The notes under the pieces were generated by a model. That model worked only from the letters and a program-made list of their open reading frames with translations. It made no database searches and was not told where the DNA came from. A stretch of DNA of 64,000 bases, from the NCBI GenBank assembly GCA_002189035.1, contig NEEC01000015.1, positions 1,302,001-1,366,000 of the forward strand. The letters are read 5' to 3'. The translations under genes were made by a program, and so were the position numbers. Origin of the DNA: Utricularia gibba. Its lineage: Eukaryota; Plantae; Magnoliophyta. Below are positions 50,779 through 62,713 of this stretch, piece by piece. Position 1 is the stretch's first letter; each line of letters begins with the position of its first letter.

Positions 50779-53700
50779 TGGTGCTCCTCTGATGGTGGGG
50801 AAGAGTTCACAGGTCGGTATTCCTTCTAATGGAATCCAGAAGATTTTATATTTTTTTTACAGATAGATGATGTTATGTTTCTATTCTTCTTTTGGAGTGT
50901 GGTTCAGTTTTGAGTGCCCCGCTTGATTCTGGCGCTCTAAAGATTGTTTGGTGTCTGAAACCGATGGTGATTGCTTCCATTTTTCTCATTTGTAGTACTT
51001 GCAGTACTGCTTGAAAATGTAGTTCGATTATTGATCTGAAGCTTTTTTGATATGCGTCCTTTGCTGGCGGGAATCTATGCTATCTTAAATAGCACGACTG
51101 CCGCGCTAACCATGACTGACTGCAACCAATTTGATGGTGGAATCAGTCGTATGACCGAATGGCAAGAATGAGTAACATGTTGCTGCAAGGTACATCAAAT
51201 GCAAGAATACCTTGCTTGATGAGCACATATTTCATGAGAAAACACGGTGCACCGGATCAATCGTCAACTGAAACACTACCATGTCTTTTTTTTCTGGGAT
51301 CATTGAACAAATCTGAAGATATATTAACCTTTGATTATCTTCCTTGACCGACAATCACAGAGAGGGTTTTCAACTGGACCAATTCCAGGCCTACGGCCGG
51401 AATTCCTGCAATTTATGCCTTTTGAAACACTAACAATTGCTTACCAGATAATCAACAGTGGGCTATCAGAAGATCAAGCAAACCTCAGACGCATTCTCAC
51501 CTTTTCTACACTTGGTACCATACATCTGCAGAGTAGAAAGTGATGATACACGAGGCTGAGATATGCTAGTCCAAAGCCAGTGAAAAAAAGAAAGAGATGT
51601 GTTAGTCAAAATTCTAAGTCCAACGTTTCGGCTCCTGCAAATTTCTCTTTGGAAGGGCTGCTGGTTGCAGGAAAACACAAACGTCCCTTCAAGTAATTGG
51701 GGCTTTTATTTGCTCGCCTTGTGAACTCGTGTAAGCCGCTATGGCATTCTACCCTCTTTCTATTTCCTTCAACCAGAGCTCCTCCTCGCAAAAGGTGAAC
51801 TTTTTTCCAGTACCCATAAGTTCTTTTGGCCTTCATGTTTGTTTTTCATAAAACATGGGGTGGGCTTCTGCGATAGACATGTTTCGATTCCGCTGGGCGT
51901 TTTCAGTAGTCTCTCTTGTGCTTTAGGAGTTATTCTTTGAAAGATCCGAAATTCAAAATTTCCTCTGTGATTTGCTTTGGTCTTTCTTGAATATCTTGGA
52001 AAGAAAACAAGAGTTCAGTTCTTGCAGCGAAACAGGGCACGACCTTGGTTTTATTTCAATTTATCTATCGGATATTGCTGTTTGCTTGTGAAAAGTCTTT
52101 TTACTCTATTTTCAACTTCAGCTTCTCCAGGCCTAAAGCAGACACGAATGGCTGCGAAATCCGGGATCCGACGACTACATCCAACGATGGCTATTCCATT
52201 AAAAACATATGTTGACAGATAGGTGTATTGTTGTTGGCCGTTGCAAGGAATGAAGCCACTGGTCCCGAACCAACATATCAGCGATGTGCCCCATTAGCCA
52301 CCATCAATTTTTCACCTTTCAAAATTTTGGCTTAATAGTCCTTTATTAACAGGGACCAAAATTGATCATCTCTCAGAGTTGGGGTTTCCTGTCTTATTCA
52401 GCAACCTTTTGTATTGTTTGAACAGTAATGAGCTACATTCAAACGCGGTGTGGTGGCACCGGAGTTGGATTTTGGAATGATTTATACCATACATTGTATT
52501 GTATATCATGTAATGTAATTTTGTACAAATTCGAAACTATGTGTTTTTTATTAAATGGATTTACAGAAAAGGCTACATTATGGGAATGAGATTAATCAGT
52601 GCTGTCTTCTCCGGTGGTCTCAGAATCATTTACAACAGTTGAAATATTATTCTAAAAGTGAGATGACAGGTAGGGGATGGCTGTAAATTGGCGTTGTTTA
52701 CGGGAGCACCACATGGTTTTCTTCTGTATATTGACCAAGCCGTTGAGCTTTGCAGGAGCTGCTGATTTTGAGGGAGGTTTGTCGCTTACCAATCTTGCTT
52801 TTCCCCCCTCAGCATTTTGAAATGTGTTGAATGGTGCAAGATTGGCAATGGAGTTTTGTATTGAATTGATGGCTTAGTGGGATTTTGGCATAAACAAAGG
52901 TGTTTGAAGCTTGAAAGTGGTGGTTTGAGCTGTTTATTGAGGATTGATTGTGATGTTCAAAGGATTTTCCATTGTTAGCTATTGCTTCTTGCTGGGATCT
53001 CTCTTAGTGAGTGAACATAAAACTCTCTACATGCCCACAATATGACCAATATCTTGAAAGAAAACATTCCTAGACTAACTGCAACTAAATATAGAAACAA
53101 AAGACAGCTAAACCTTCTTATCAAGAACTCGAACAGTTGAGAAGCATCTAGAGTTTGATTGGCATACTTTTGGTTTGGTTTGCATCTGTTGGATATAGAA
53201 TTAAAACTTCTTTTATATCACAGGTAGGGCTTCCTTGAAATGGCTGTGGAGTGTGGTCGAAGAGGGGGTTGAGAGTATCCACTCACAAGTAAATACAGTT
53301 CTTTAATACCCAACTACCCATTCACAGCCTGTGATTTTTATTTTTACTACAATCTAAACGCTTCTCAATGATTCTAAGATTATTTGAATCATATGTTGAT
53401 TCAAACATCATGAAACCCCTTCATGTTGGCCTGGTGGTCCAAGAGGTGGAAACACCTAAAGCAGTCATTTAGCAGACTGAGCTTGAGTGGTACCTTCAGG
53501 CTTCACAGTTCACCCTCCCCACAATCATCGTGTGAGAACAAAATGTTTACTGTATTTCCTGGTGTTTCTTTTACAGCAGTAAAAGGCCAAGGGAGCGCTG
53601 ACTGGGGGAATGATTTGACGGTAAATCCTTCATTCAATGTCTGGCTAGTGCCTCGTGATTCATCAATTTTGAGCTTCTTCTTCAACTACTCCTCTGTCAC

Positions 53701-54319
53701 CACCATTACTCTCATTTTCTCAACCCCGACATCACACTGTGGCTATGCTGCATTTTTCTTTCTTTCGGTACTGTGATGTGCCATATCTTCTTGACTGGGT
53801 AGACGAATTTCCATCCCCACATTGACGCATCCCATGCACCCTCTAAACCAAAAAAGATCTTCCTTCAAATGCATGGATTGTGGACTATGGGCGTGCTCTA
53901 GTTCACAGCTCTCTCAAAAATGGAACCTTGAATAGATTGGTTTAGGCTCTAAACCGATAAATTGGCCTATTTCATCTCATATTGAACTCCAAAACAGGGA
54001 AGCTGGTTTTCCCCGTTGGGTCTCTAAACAGAGGTCCAGAGTTGTTGAAAACTTGGTTGGAATATTCCGGTGAGTGCACTGTGAATTTGTGATGTTCCAC
54101 ACAAATGGAAACTTCATTCTTGAAAGGTTTATGCTCGCATGCATGAAGCATGCCGATGGTGAAGAACACCCTCCCTATCACAGATGTCAAGAAGATGATG
54201 ACAATGGAATTGGGAGGGATGGTTACGGGCACAGGTATCATTCAATTCAATGATAAATTTTCACGATGAAGTCAATTGGCCTTGTGAAATATTATATTGT
54301 CAGTGCAAGTAAATGAGCT

Positions 54320-54327
54320 TAAATGCA
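54320..54327 (+). promoter_or_regulatory. L1 box (TAAATGCA) in the PDF1 promoter
   Basis: Exact match to TAAATG(C/T)A about 160 nt upstream of the PDF1 ATG, with ACCAACC (MYB-like) near 54343 and TATATA near 54401. The L1 box is the established HD-ZIP IV element of PDF1 promoters. Confidence 0.75.
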
Positions 54328-54482
54328 TGTGTAGCTAATGCGACCAACCACTTACTTGCTCACCGGCTTAATTTACTTCTACGCCATTCTTTTCACTCTT
54401 TATATACTACTGCCGGTCTTTTGGTACTGTCATCTTGGTCTCGGCTGCTTTCTACAGGGAACGGAAGCAGGAAGCAGGAAGC

Positions 54483-55442
54483 ATGGATATGAAGCTGCTG
54501 CTGTTGGCTGCTCTGGTTTTTCAAAGCCTCGCCATTTTGGCTTTCGCTGATACCAGCTTCGAGGATGGGAAGCACTACTACTCCCGGGACCCTCATCCAC
54601 CATCTACTCCCAAAGGTAACATTAGTGTCGAACTTTTCTTCCTGCTATATGCAACAGAAGTAGAACAAGAGACTAAGTGTATGCTTGTGTTGCGGTGACA
54701 GTCTCTGTGAGCCCTCCGTATGGTTCAGGAAGTGGTTATGGAACTCCTAGACACTCTTCTGGAACCAAGCCGCCTGCAAACTGTGGAAACCCTCCCAAGA
54801 AGAGCAGCCCCTCCCACGGCGGTGGTTACTACCGTTCTCCACCAACTTCAACCCCTTCTTCTCCTCCAGTGAGCACACTTCCTCCCAGCGTTCCAACTCC
54901 AGTCGTTACTCCGACGACTCCTCCATTTGATCCAAACTCTCCTCCTTTCACTCTGACTCCACCGGGTGGCTCTACACCTACCATTCCCGGTATCAACCCA
55001 ACACCACCATTTGGATTCCCTCCAAGCCCTTTTCCATGCATGTAAGTCAGATATGGAACGACCAAGGTTTTTTTAGTTTCTCCTATTAGCATGATACTAA
55101 CTGCTAACAAACTGCAGCTTCTGGAGGAATCATCCAACGCTGGTGTGGGGTCTCGTTGGCAGTTTTGGGACACTTGGCAACACATTTGGGTTCCCTAGCT
55201 TCCCTGGTTTTGGAACCAATGCAAATGTAATGCAGGCTCTCTCGAATACACGCACAGATGGATATGGAGCCCTCTACAGGGAAGGAGCCGCAGCTATGCT
55301 CAACGCCATGGCACACAGGAGATTCCCTTACAGCACCAACCAGGTCAGGGACAGCTTCATTACGGCTCTGGATTCCAACCAAGCTGCTGGAGCTCAGGCA
55401 AGGGTCTTTCAGATGGCAAACGAGGGTCGAATCAAAGCCTAA
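54483..55442 (+). CDS. PDF1: Protodermal factor 1, proline-rich secreted protein; 3 exons
   Basis: Signal peptide, FEDGKHYY.RDP, Pro-rich block with ANCGNPP, C-terminal C.FWRNHP.LVWG...QALSNTRTDGYGALYREGAAAMLN...FPYST.QVRDSF...AQARVFQMANEGR. Confidence 0.93.
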
Positions 55443-56457
55443 GAAGAAGCTAATGAGATTCTTTGTGTGTTTCGTGTGTGGTTTGGTGGTGTGATGCTGT
55501 GCTTTTTCTCTCCTTGCTTTTCTTTTTGGCTCTAGAAACTCCATGAACACTCTCAGATGCATACGCTGTATGTTCCCCTTGTTAAATGGCTTTTGTTGTT
55601 AGATATCAGTTTTTATTTGCCCTTCCGTGCGAAAAATGAAGACATGTTTCGCCGGAAACAACATGACAATGACTGCTAATACATGAAAAGGAGAGGGACC
55701 ATGCACCTTTTTTCGTTACTATTCCTTCATGTAGAAAATTTTCATGAACACTTATTTGTATACATAGAAGCCTACTTCGTGAACGCTTTTATTTCTGTAA
55801 CATTGTTCAATTTAACCATAAGCATTTTCCTTCTCTTTTTTCCTCAAAACGGCAAGGAATGATCTTTAAGCTTCAATTAAATGCATAGATTTTTCAGTAT
55901 CCTCTTCATTACCATTCTCCATAATAAGAAGCAAAATGGATCACATCTGATGCATTTCCCTCTCTGTTCTCTACCACAGTTTCTATAGCAGAACTTGCAG
56001 CGAAAGCATTGAATCGTTACAGCTGTACAAGAAAAAATCATCAATGTGGCTGGCTATTGCACTGCCACGGTTTCTAAAGACCTGGCTGGCTAGCACTGCC
56101 ACAGCACCAGCACCACTCTCTGCTGCGTCAGTTTAAAATTCACATGTCAACAGCTCATACACCAGACTGTTTTGAAACCATCTCAAAACTCACATGTAAT
56201 GTTTCGAATATTAGATGAAAGCCCAGCACGTTTACCATTCGATTTTCTCTAATTACATAAGACAAAAGCTAATCCTTGAATCTAGTTCATAGGCATCATT
56301 CTCGTCTGCATCCATGAACTTCTGAAAGGGCGCCACCCTCTCTTGCACTGCATATCTTTCTTCATGGAAAATGCGTTAAAGACAAGCAGATTATAACGTG
56401 GCTGGCAATACCTTTCGCATATGTTCAGCAAACAGAAACAAGTTCCCTAGAAATCAA

Positions 56458-57513
56458 TCACTTCATGTGGGATTCAAACCAGTCCAAGATTTGTGGAAAT
56501 GGGAAACTTGTCATTTCATGATAACCAAAAGCAACGTTCATTTCCTCTTGAACGTGGTGATACAAAGACTTGCTTAGAAGAACTGCACCACTTTGCTCAA
56601 TAACGGTCTTCCATGGCGTTTCACGGCCATCGTTTCTCATGAAACCATTCCCATCAACGAATCCATTTTGCTTAAAAAGATCATAAAGTTTCACAGACAA
56701 ATTGTGATCAACCCCTGGAATTCTATGACCAAAGAATTCCGGTGTTAAAGGGAACTCCTTGCACTGGATTTCATCAACATCAATACCTAGAGCTCGCATT
56801 CGAACAAGGTACTTGCTTATCATCCTTTTTCTACCTTCGTCTTTAGGCATATGAACAAAGATCGTAGGTGGGTAGTTTTTGGAGATATCCAGACGACTGA
56901 ATAGACCTTCAGAAATCATCAAAGCAATTGCTTTAAATGGAAACACCATAGCCATGGCGGAAACGAAGTACCCACCAGAGGAAGCGCCCATTGCGAAAAC
57001 CGGTAGATTTTCAAGCTTCTGCTTTGCAATCCACCATTTTAACATCTCATTAACAACTGATTTTTCTTCTCCAGAAGACCAGCAAACCCCATGACTTGAA
57101 ATCGCTATCACGGCAAATTTTCGAGCCAGAGCGTGAAGAACAATGAGTCTCTCTTCAGGCAAACCGATGCAATCTGGGCAATTTGAAGATTTGTCCCAGA
57201 AATGGGTGGCGCTTCCTCCACAACCGTGAGCGACGAAGAGAACTGCCTTTGGCGAATCGGGTACTTGCCAAACCAAATCGGTTCCGCTTCTGAACTCCAC
57301 GAAGGCATTCATTTGAACGAAAGGCTGGGAGGTGTTCAATTTCTGGTTATCGAGTTCTGCAAATACCAAATTGCGTTTCTTACGCTCACCATGCTTTCCC
57401 GGTAACAGTACCAACCCAACGACCATCAAAATTAGGACGATGGCTGCAGCCGGGAATCGAGTGATTCCCAAATTTCTCAACTGTTTCCGCAATTCGTTTC
57501 CGATGCTCAACAT
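56458..57513 (-). CDS. Uncharacterised plant alpha/beta-hydrolase-fold protein with N-terminal membrane anchor; intronless
   Basis: 351-aa ORF from the first ATG (57513); hydrophobic segment AAAIVLILMVVGLVLL, LFVAHGC, GxSxG elbow MGASSGG, C-terminal YHEMTS. Substrate unknown. Confidence 0.8.
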   Translation of the reverse strand: MLSIGNELRKQLRNLGITRFPAAAIVLILMVVGLVLLPGKHGERKKRNLVFAELDNQKLNTSQPFVQMNAFVEFRSGTDLVWQVPDSPKAVLFVAHGCGGSATHFWDKSSNCPDCIGLPEERLIVLHALARKFAVIAISSHGVCWSSGEEKSVVNEMLKWWIAKQKLENLPVFAMGASSGGYFVSAMAMVFPFKAIALMISEGLFSRLDISKNYPPTIFVHMPKDEGRKRMISKYLVRMRALGIDVDEIQCKEFPLTPEFFGHRIPGVDHNLSVKLYDLFKQNGFVDGNGFMRNDGRETPWKTVIEQSGAVLLSKSLYHHVQEEMNVAFGYHEMTSFPFPQILDWFESHMK

Positions 57514-57699
57514 TTCGAAATATGATGAATCAGCGGAAGATGCGATTCTCAAACTATTCCTGTTACAGCCTACAGGGCTTTTCCAAAGAAACCCTCAAAC
57601 GAGAATTTGCCATCCTTCGAATCCCTCATCAAATTTAGGTATCAAAACCATCTCCCCACCACCTTGGAACCCCTCAACAAATTCATAATGAATTAAATA

Positions 57700-58020
57700 A
57701 AGCACCGGTATGACGCCCCTCCACTCCACTGGTCGACCAACGCCATAGGCCGCCCTACGCCACCACCCTATTTCATGGGCTAGCCACCGGCGAAGTCACA
57801 GGCCGCGCCGGTTGTATAAAACCCTACCGGTTTATTATTATTATTTTATTATTTTTTCTTTCAAAGTACGAAATCTTTATAATATTTATTTTCATTAATT
57901 AATTAAACTCCGATGACGGATAAACGACATTAGTACATGAATGGGCTTTGGCCCATTAATACGAATGGGAAATATCCAGTAATGAAATAAACCCAATTGG
58001 CCCACCAACAGGTTCTAGAA
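57700..58020. promoter_or_regulatory. Shared divergent promoter with site II (TGGGCY) elements
   Basis: TGGGCT 57776-57781 and 57942-57947, GGCCCA 57950-57955 and 57999-58004, between the head-to-head hydrolase and COQ3 genes. Confidence 0.55.
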
Positions 58021-58458
58021 TCACTCGAACATCGCCTCTTCCTTCTCCTCCGCATCGTCAGTCAGAACGGTGTTTTGTCGCAGTAATCCGCAGCATATTC
58101 AAAGTTGTAAGTTGTAATACCCGATCTTTATCAAATGAGTGATTTGAGTCATGGGATTGACTCTGGAAAAAAAATGTTTGAAGCCCTGCATGAACTTTTT
58201 CGAGGGAATTTGCTACGTTTCTCTTTTCTTATGATTTCTAGTAGATGGTGCAGCAAAAGTTCGGTTTTGTGAATTGAATCATGAATTTGGCGTTGTTTTT
58301 GTAATTCTTGTTGATTCTCTGTTATGATGTATTGAATATACACTGTAGTATCTATTTTGTTCCTTGCTTCTGGACTTGAAGTTTCTTACTTTTTTCTGAT
58401 TCGCATCGCGTGCAGAATCAAGAATTTCATTTGGATTCCACCCACCTCTTGTATCATA

Positions 58459-60575
58459 ATGGTACTCCAGCGTTTGCTAGCGGGGTCCGGCACCGGAAAA
58501 CTGTGTGCGCGGCCATGGAAGGCCTTCCGGAGTCCTAGCTTTCTACATGGCATCCAAACATGCGATTATTCCAATACCCTGCCAACGCCTCCACGATCCG
58601 GGGCACCCACGTCGTCTCCTGCAGGGATTTTCAAGTCAGCGAGCTCATTGAATAAGAATGAACTAAAAAAGTTTGCAGCTCTTGCTGAGACGTGGTGTGC
58701 GCTTTTTTTTCTTAATCTTGGATGATTATTTCTATGATCGGATCGTGGTTCTTTTCTTTTTCTTACATTGGGATGGATTAGGTGGGATGCTGAAGGGCCA
58801 TTTAAGCCTTTACATGAGATGAACCCAACGAGACTTGCTTTCATTAGGTCGACGTTATGCCGACATTTTGGGTAATTTTAATATATTGAGTTTGTTGATT
58901 TTTGGCTACTGGTTTTCACGGGCTTTTTCGTTATACCTGCTTTGGCTGTAACTATAATGGAAAAATCTGGCGAGTTAATGTGCAACTTTTTTCAGGAAAG
59001 ATCCGTTATGTGCCAAGCCTTTTGAGGGGTTGAAGTTTGTAGACGTTGGGTGTGGAGGGGGGATATTGTCAGAGGTACTTATTCTTAATTTCATACTGAG
59101 GCCAGGAATATTCATATCACTGCAGTTTTACTGATGGTGAGTGACCTTTTTTGACTTGGTTTTGAGCTTATTTCAGCCTTTAGCTCGTCTTGGTGCCACT
59201 GTCACAGGAATTGATGCTGTGGAAAAGAACATCAATATTGCCCAGATTCATGCTGTAAGAATTTTTATTTTGATGATCTAAAGAATATTAGATTGCTACT
59301 TGCATGTTTTTGATCTGTTATTTATGTCATCAACTGCTAAAATCTAAATGGATTTGTCTCGGAAATGTAGGCTTTGTTGTGCATCTAGTTGCTCTTGTTT
59401 TTACATCATACCTTTTTCCTTGTATACGATCTCTGTAAGCTATGCATGAATCCCAAGGTGTATTTGGGATAGAAAAGCAGACACGGAATAACTCTGCCAT
59501 ATCATGGTTGTGTACATAGTGTGATCACTTAATCATTTGATTTAGGCGTAAATGATATCTCTGTTGTTCTTCCATTTGTTTCCATAGTTGCACTTCATCT
59601 TTTTCAGGATTCGGACGCAGTTACTTCCACTATTGATTACTGTTGCACAACGGCAGGTACATGCCATACTTATCCTGTTAGACTCTAGCTGCTTATTGTA
59701 GTTTCAACTTGACCAGAATTGAGGCAAATCATTGTCCACTGCATCACTTCGGTTTCACTTAGTTCCGGAAGTTACATAAAAGTCCATCTGATGTCATGCC
59801 ATTTCTACTATTATACAGAAAAGTTGGTGGAGGAGAAAAAGCAGTTTGATGCTGTGATTGCGCTGGAGGTAAGCCATTTCCCCCAATGGTTCTTTTTAGC
59901 AGTTTTATCCTACAGTTCAGGTATTCTTTACATTGTAGACATACATTTGATAGTTGTGCTGTGAAGGTGATTGAGCACGTAGCAAATCCTGCAGAGTTCT
60001 GCAAATCCTTGTCATCATTGATCAGCCCCGGTGGTGCGACTATCATCTCGACAATTAATCGCTCAATGAGAGCTTATGCAACCGCAATCCTTGTAGCAGA
60101 GTATATCTTAAAATGGGTATATTGCTTTCTTTTCAAGCTCTCTCCTTCCTGGTTGCTGTGCTTTTCTACAAGCTTTACTTATTGAAATGAATCCCGCATC
60201 TAGTGATTTGGTGAACTATATGGCGATCAGTGACATATGAACGTGAGTTTCAGCCTAAACTTTGTTGATCACATTCATCTCAGCTCCCAAGGGGCACACA
60301 CGAATGGTCCAGCTTCTTGACCCCGGAAGAGCTCGTCCTCATTCTGGAGCGTGCTTCTGTTTCTGTAAGTAGGAAGCAAATTCATCAGCCGTTGCTTGTC
60401 TCTCCTTCATGTTTCTGCTTCTTAATCGTTGTCGTTCGAGCAGGTTGAGGAGATAGCTGGGTTTGTTTACAATCCGATAACACGGCGATGGCTGATTTCC
60501 GATGACATCTCCGTTAATTTCATCATGTATGCTACCAAGAGGGATGAACACACGCATCTCGAGATCAAGCCTTAA
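58459..60575 (+). CDS. COQ3: Ubiquinone biosynthesis O-methyltransferase, mitochondrial; 9 coding exons; intact
   Basis: Mito-like presequence; [12 protein letters not shown]|[35 protein letters not shown] (SAM motif I), FDAVIALE|[48 protein letters not shown]; all GT-AG introns in phase. Confidence 0.94.
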
Positions 60576-60688
60576 GTTGGTTTGTGATCACTTGAAATAA
60601 GGAAGTTCGGTGTTGGTGAGTTATTGTGATATGATATTCTTTCTGAAATTTATACTGTATTAAAGGGAAAAATTGGCTTTTGAAGCGT

Positions 60689-61927
60689 TCAGAACTCCGG
60701 CACCGGATGATCTTCCGCCGTCGGCGCCGCCAAAACCCACTCACCGTTCTCTTTTCTAACCATTCCTTTGTTCTTCTCAACCCACCAAGAGGCGGGAATC
60801 ATGTACTCGTCTTTCAGAATCGCTGCTGATTTGTTCACCAGCGCCAAATCTCTTTTCACCCTCAACTCAAATCCTCCCTTGGCCCCATTCCAGCCTGCGA
60901 CTGTGTGCAGCATAGCCTGAAGATTATGCCAGTCACTTGGGTTCCTTGTTCTTTTCAGACATGGCGATTTTCGATTGTCGATCTTCAGCTCAACGCCCAC
61001 GTTTCTGTAACCAACGAACCTACTTGGATACAGCGGAATCACATCTATTTTGTTCCGGATGTGGAGGATTTTGAGATTGGGAAAACTGCGCACCCTGTCC
61101 CTGAAAACCTTATCGCCCACCTGCGGTGATCCGAAGACGATCGCGGAGACGGGGATGTCGTCGTTCCCGTTTTGGACAAGATCGAAACCTGCTAGAATCG
61201 CGAGGCTGGCGCCGAGGCTGTGACCGGTGAGAATTATGCTCAGGGATTCGCCTGAGTATTGGCTTCTGATGTGCTTGATCTTCTCCAGTAACTGCGCTCT
61301 CGCGCTCAGTTTAGTGAATTCTGAATTGGGATCGCTTGCAGTGTAAATTGTGAGCCACCCATTCATGATCTTCGGCACTTTTTCTCGGTCGCCGGAGATG
61401 GCTTTGGCTTCCTCCCATGATTTGGGTACCTGCAGAAGGTTCGCTGGCTCCCGACGGGCACCGAGAACGTCAATCCACTCGTAGTTCCTGGTCGTGCCTC
61501 GCCACGCCACGTAGATTTCCCTACGGCCGAGCGCGGCGCTGACTTCGTCGGAGGTAACGGCAATGTAACCGATCCAGTTAGATTCCCTGTCCCACGATTC
61601 ACGGGACAGAGAGTGGAGGAATAAGGCGCTCGTGTGGCTGACTTTGGCGGTGGCGTAGAGAAAGCAGTGGACCTGGTAATCATCGGCGTTCTGGAGCATC
61701 ACTTTCTGGAAGAATGCTTTCTTCCCGTAACGGCTGCTGCCGGCGAATTTTGAATTTTGGTCGTTGTTGAAGGCGTCATAAGTCGCTTGGCAGAAGTCGC
61801 CACATCGGAGGATGAGACGACGGAGGCTGAGATCGAAAGGGTCAAGTAGGCCGTCCCAGTTGTTGCTGCCGAGCAGCTCCGCCCACGAAGGCACTGCTGC
61901 CAACCCATTCGCCGGCGACAAGTCCAT
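60689..61927 (-). CDS. Phospholipase A1-IIdelta-like (class II PLA1, lipase_3); intronless
   Basis: SWAELLGSNNWDGLLDP, ILRCGDFCQATYDAF, WDRESNWIGYIAV, GRREIYVAWRGT, LTGHSLGA, WHNLQAMLH.VAGWNG, SWWVEKNKG...PVPEF. Confidence 0.93.
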   Translation of the reverse strand: MDLSPANGLAAVPSWAELLGSNNWDGLLDPFDLSLRRLILRCGDFCQATYDAFNNDQNSKFAGSSRYGKKAFFQKVMLQNADDYQVHCFLYATAKVSHTSALFLHSLSRESWDRESNWIGYIAVTSDEVSAALGRREIYVAWRGTTRNYEWIDVLGARREPANLLQVPKSWEEAKAISGDREKVPKIMNGWLTIYTASDPNSEFTKLSARAQLLEKIKHIRSQYSGESLSIILTGHSLGASLAILAGFDLVQNGNDDIPVSAIVFGSPQVGDKVFRDRVRSFPNLKILHIRNKIDVIPLYPSRFVGYRNVGVELKIDNRKSPCLKRTRNPSDWHNLQAMLHTVAGWNGAKGGFELRVKRDLALVNKSAAILKDEYMIPASWWVEKNKGMVRKENGEWVLAAPTAEDHPVPEF

Positions 61928-62713
61928 GCAAGAATATGGAAACGTTAAGAGGAGAAAGGCGCTCTACCAAACCTTGCAATCACAATTATATTTATTAATC
62001 CACTCGTCTTCTTGCCTGCTGGAATTTAGTCGCGTGCCGTCCGACTATTCAAGCCAATGGGAATTTAGACACGTGTTCCAATACTCTTCAAGCCAACCAT
62101 TTTAAATAATTGTATTGAAATAAACTCAAATTAAGTATTCAGACCGTGTTTAAAATTATAGTAACGTAATGATTCTTGATCTTATAATATAGAATTGATC
62201 TTTATTTGATCCACACTATCCACATTGGCGTGTTTTAAAAATGACGATTTAATCCCGTTAAAATCATATTTAGCCACATTCATAATAACGATTAAATTAA
62301 AATTAAAATCATTTTAAAATAGAAAAAAATCATGATTCAAACAAAATTTGATATTCTTTCATCATAAAAATTTTAAAAACAAACAATGCGCAACATATGC
62401 TCAATTGATATTTTATTCCATAAAATCGATCCGTATTTGACCAATTTGTTATCAACGTACACTCAATTGAAACTTCATATCATTAAATGGATCAATTGGT
62501 ATTTGATCAATTTGTAGCTAACCGTCAATTTTAGTTGGCTGGGCACATGGTTTGATAAAAATGCACATCTTAATTTCAATTTTTCCACACAATATTGTAT
62601 GTAATTGTATAAAATAAATATAATTTCAAACTCAAATACATATATTAATTATATTTATTGTTAGAAATTAAAAAATATATATTTATTGATAAGATAATGG
62701 TTTACAGAGAGTG

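Noticed and set aside
50862-50962. Box C/D-like words (ATGATG...CTGA); also TGATGA...CTGA near 51541
   Set aside because: Imperfect box C or spacing too short, no terminal stem, and no rRNA-complementary guide recognised.
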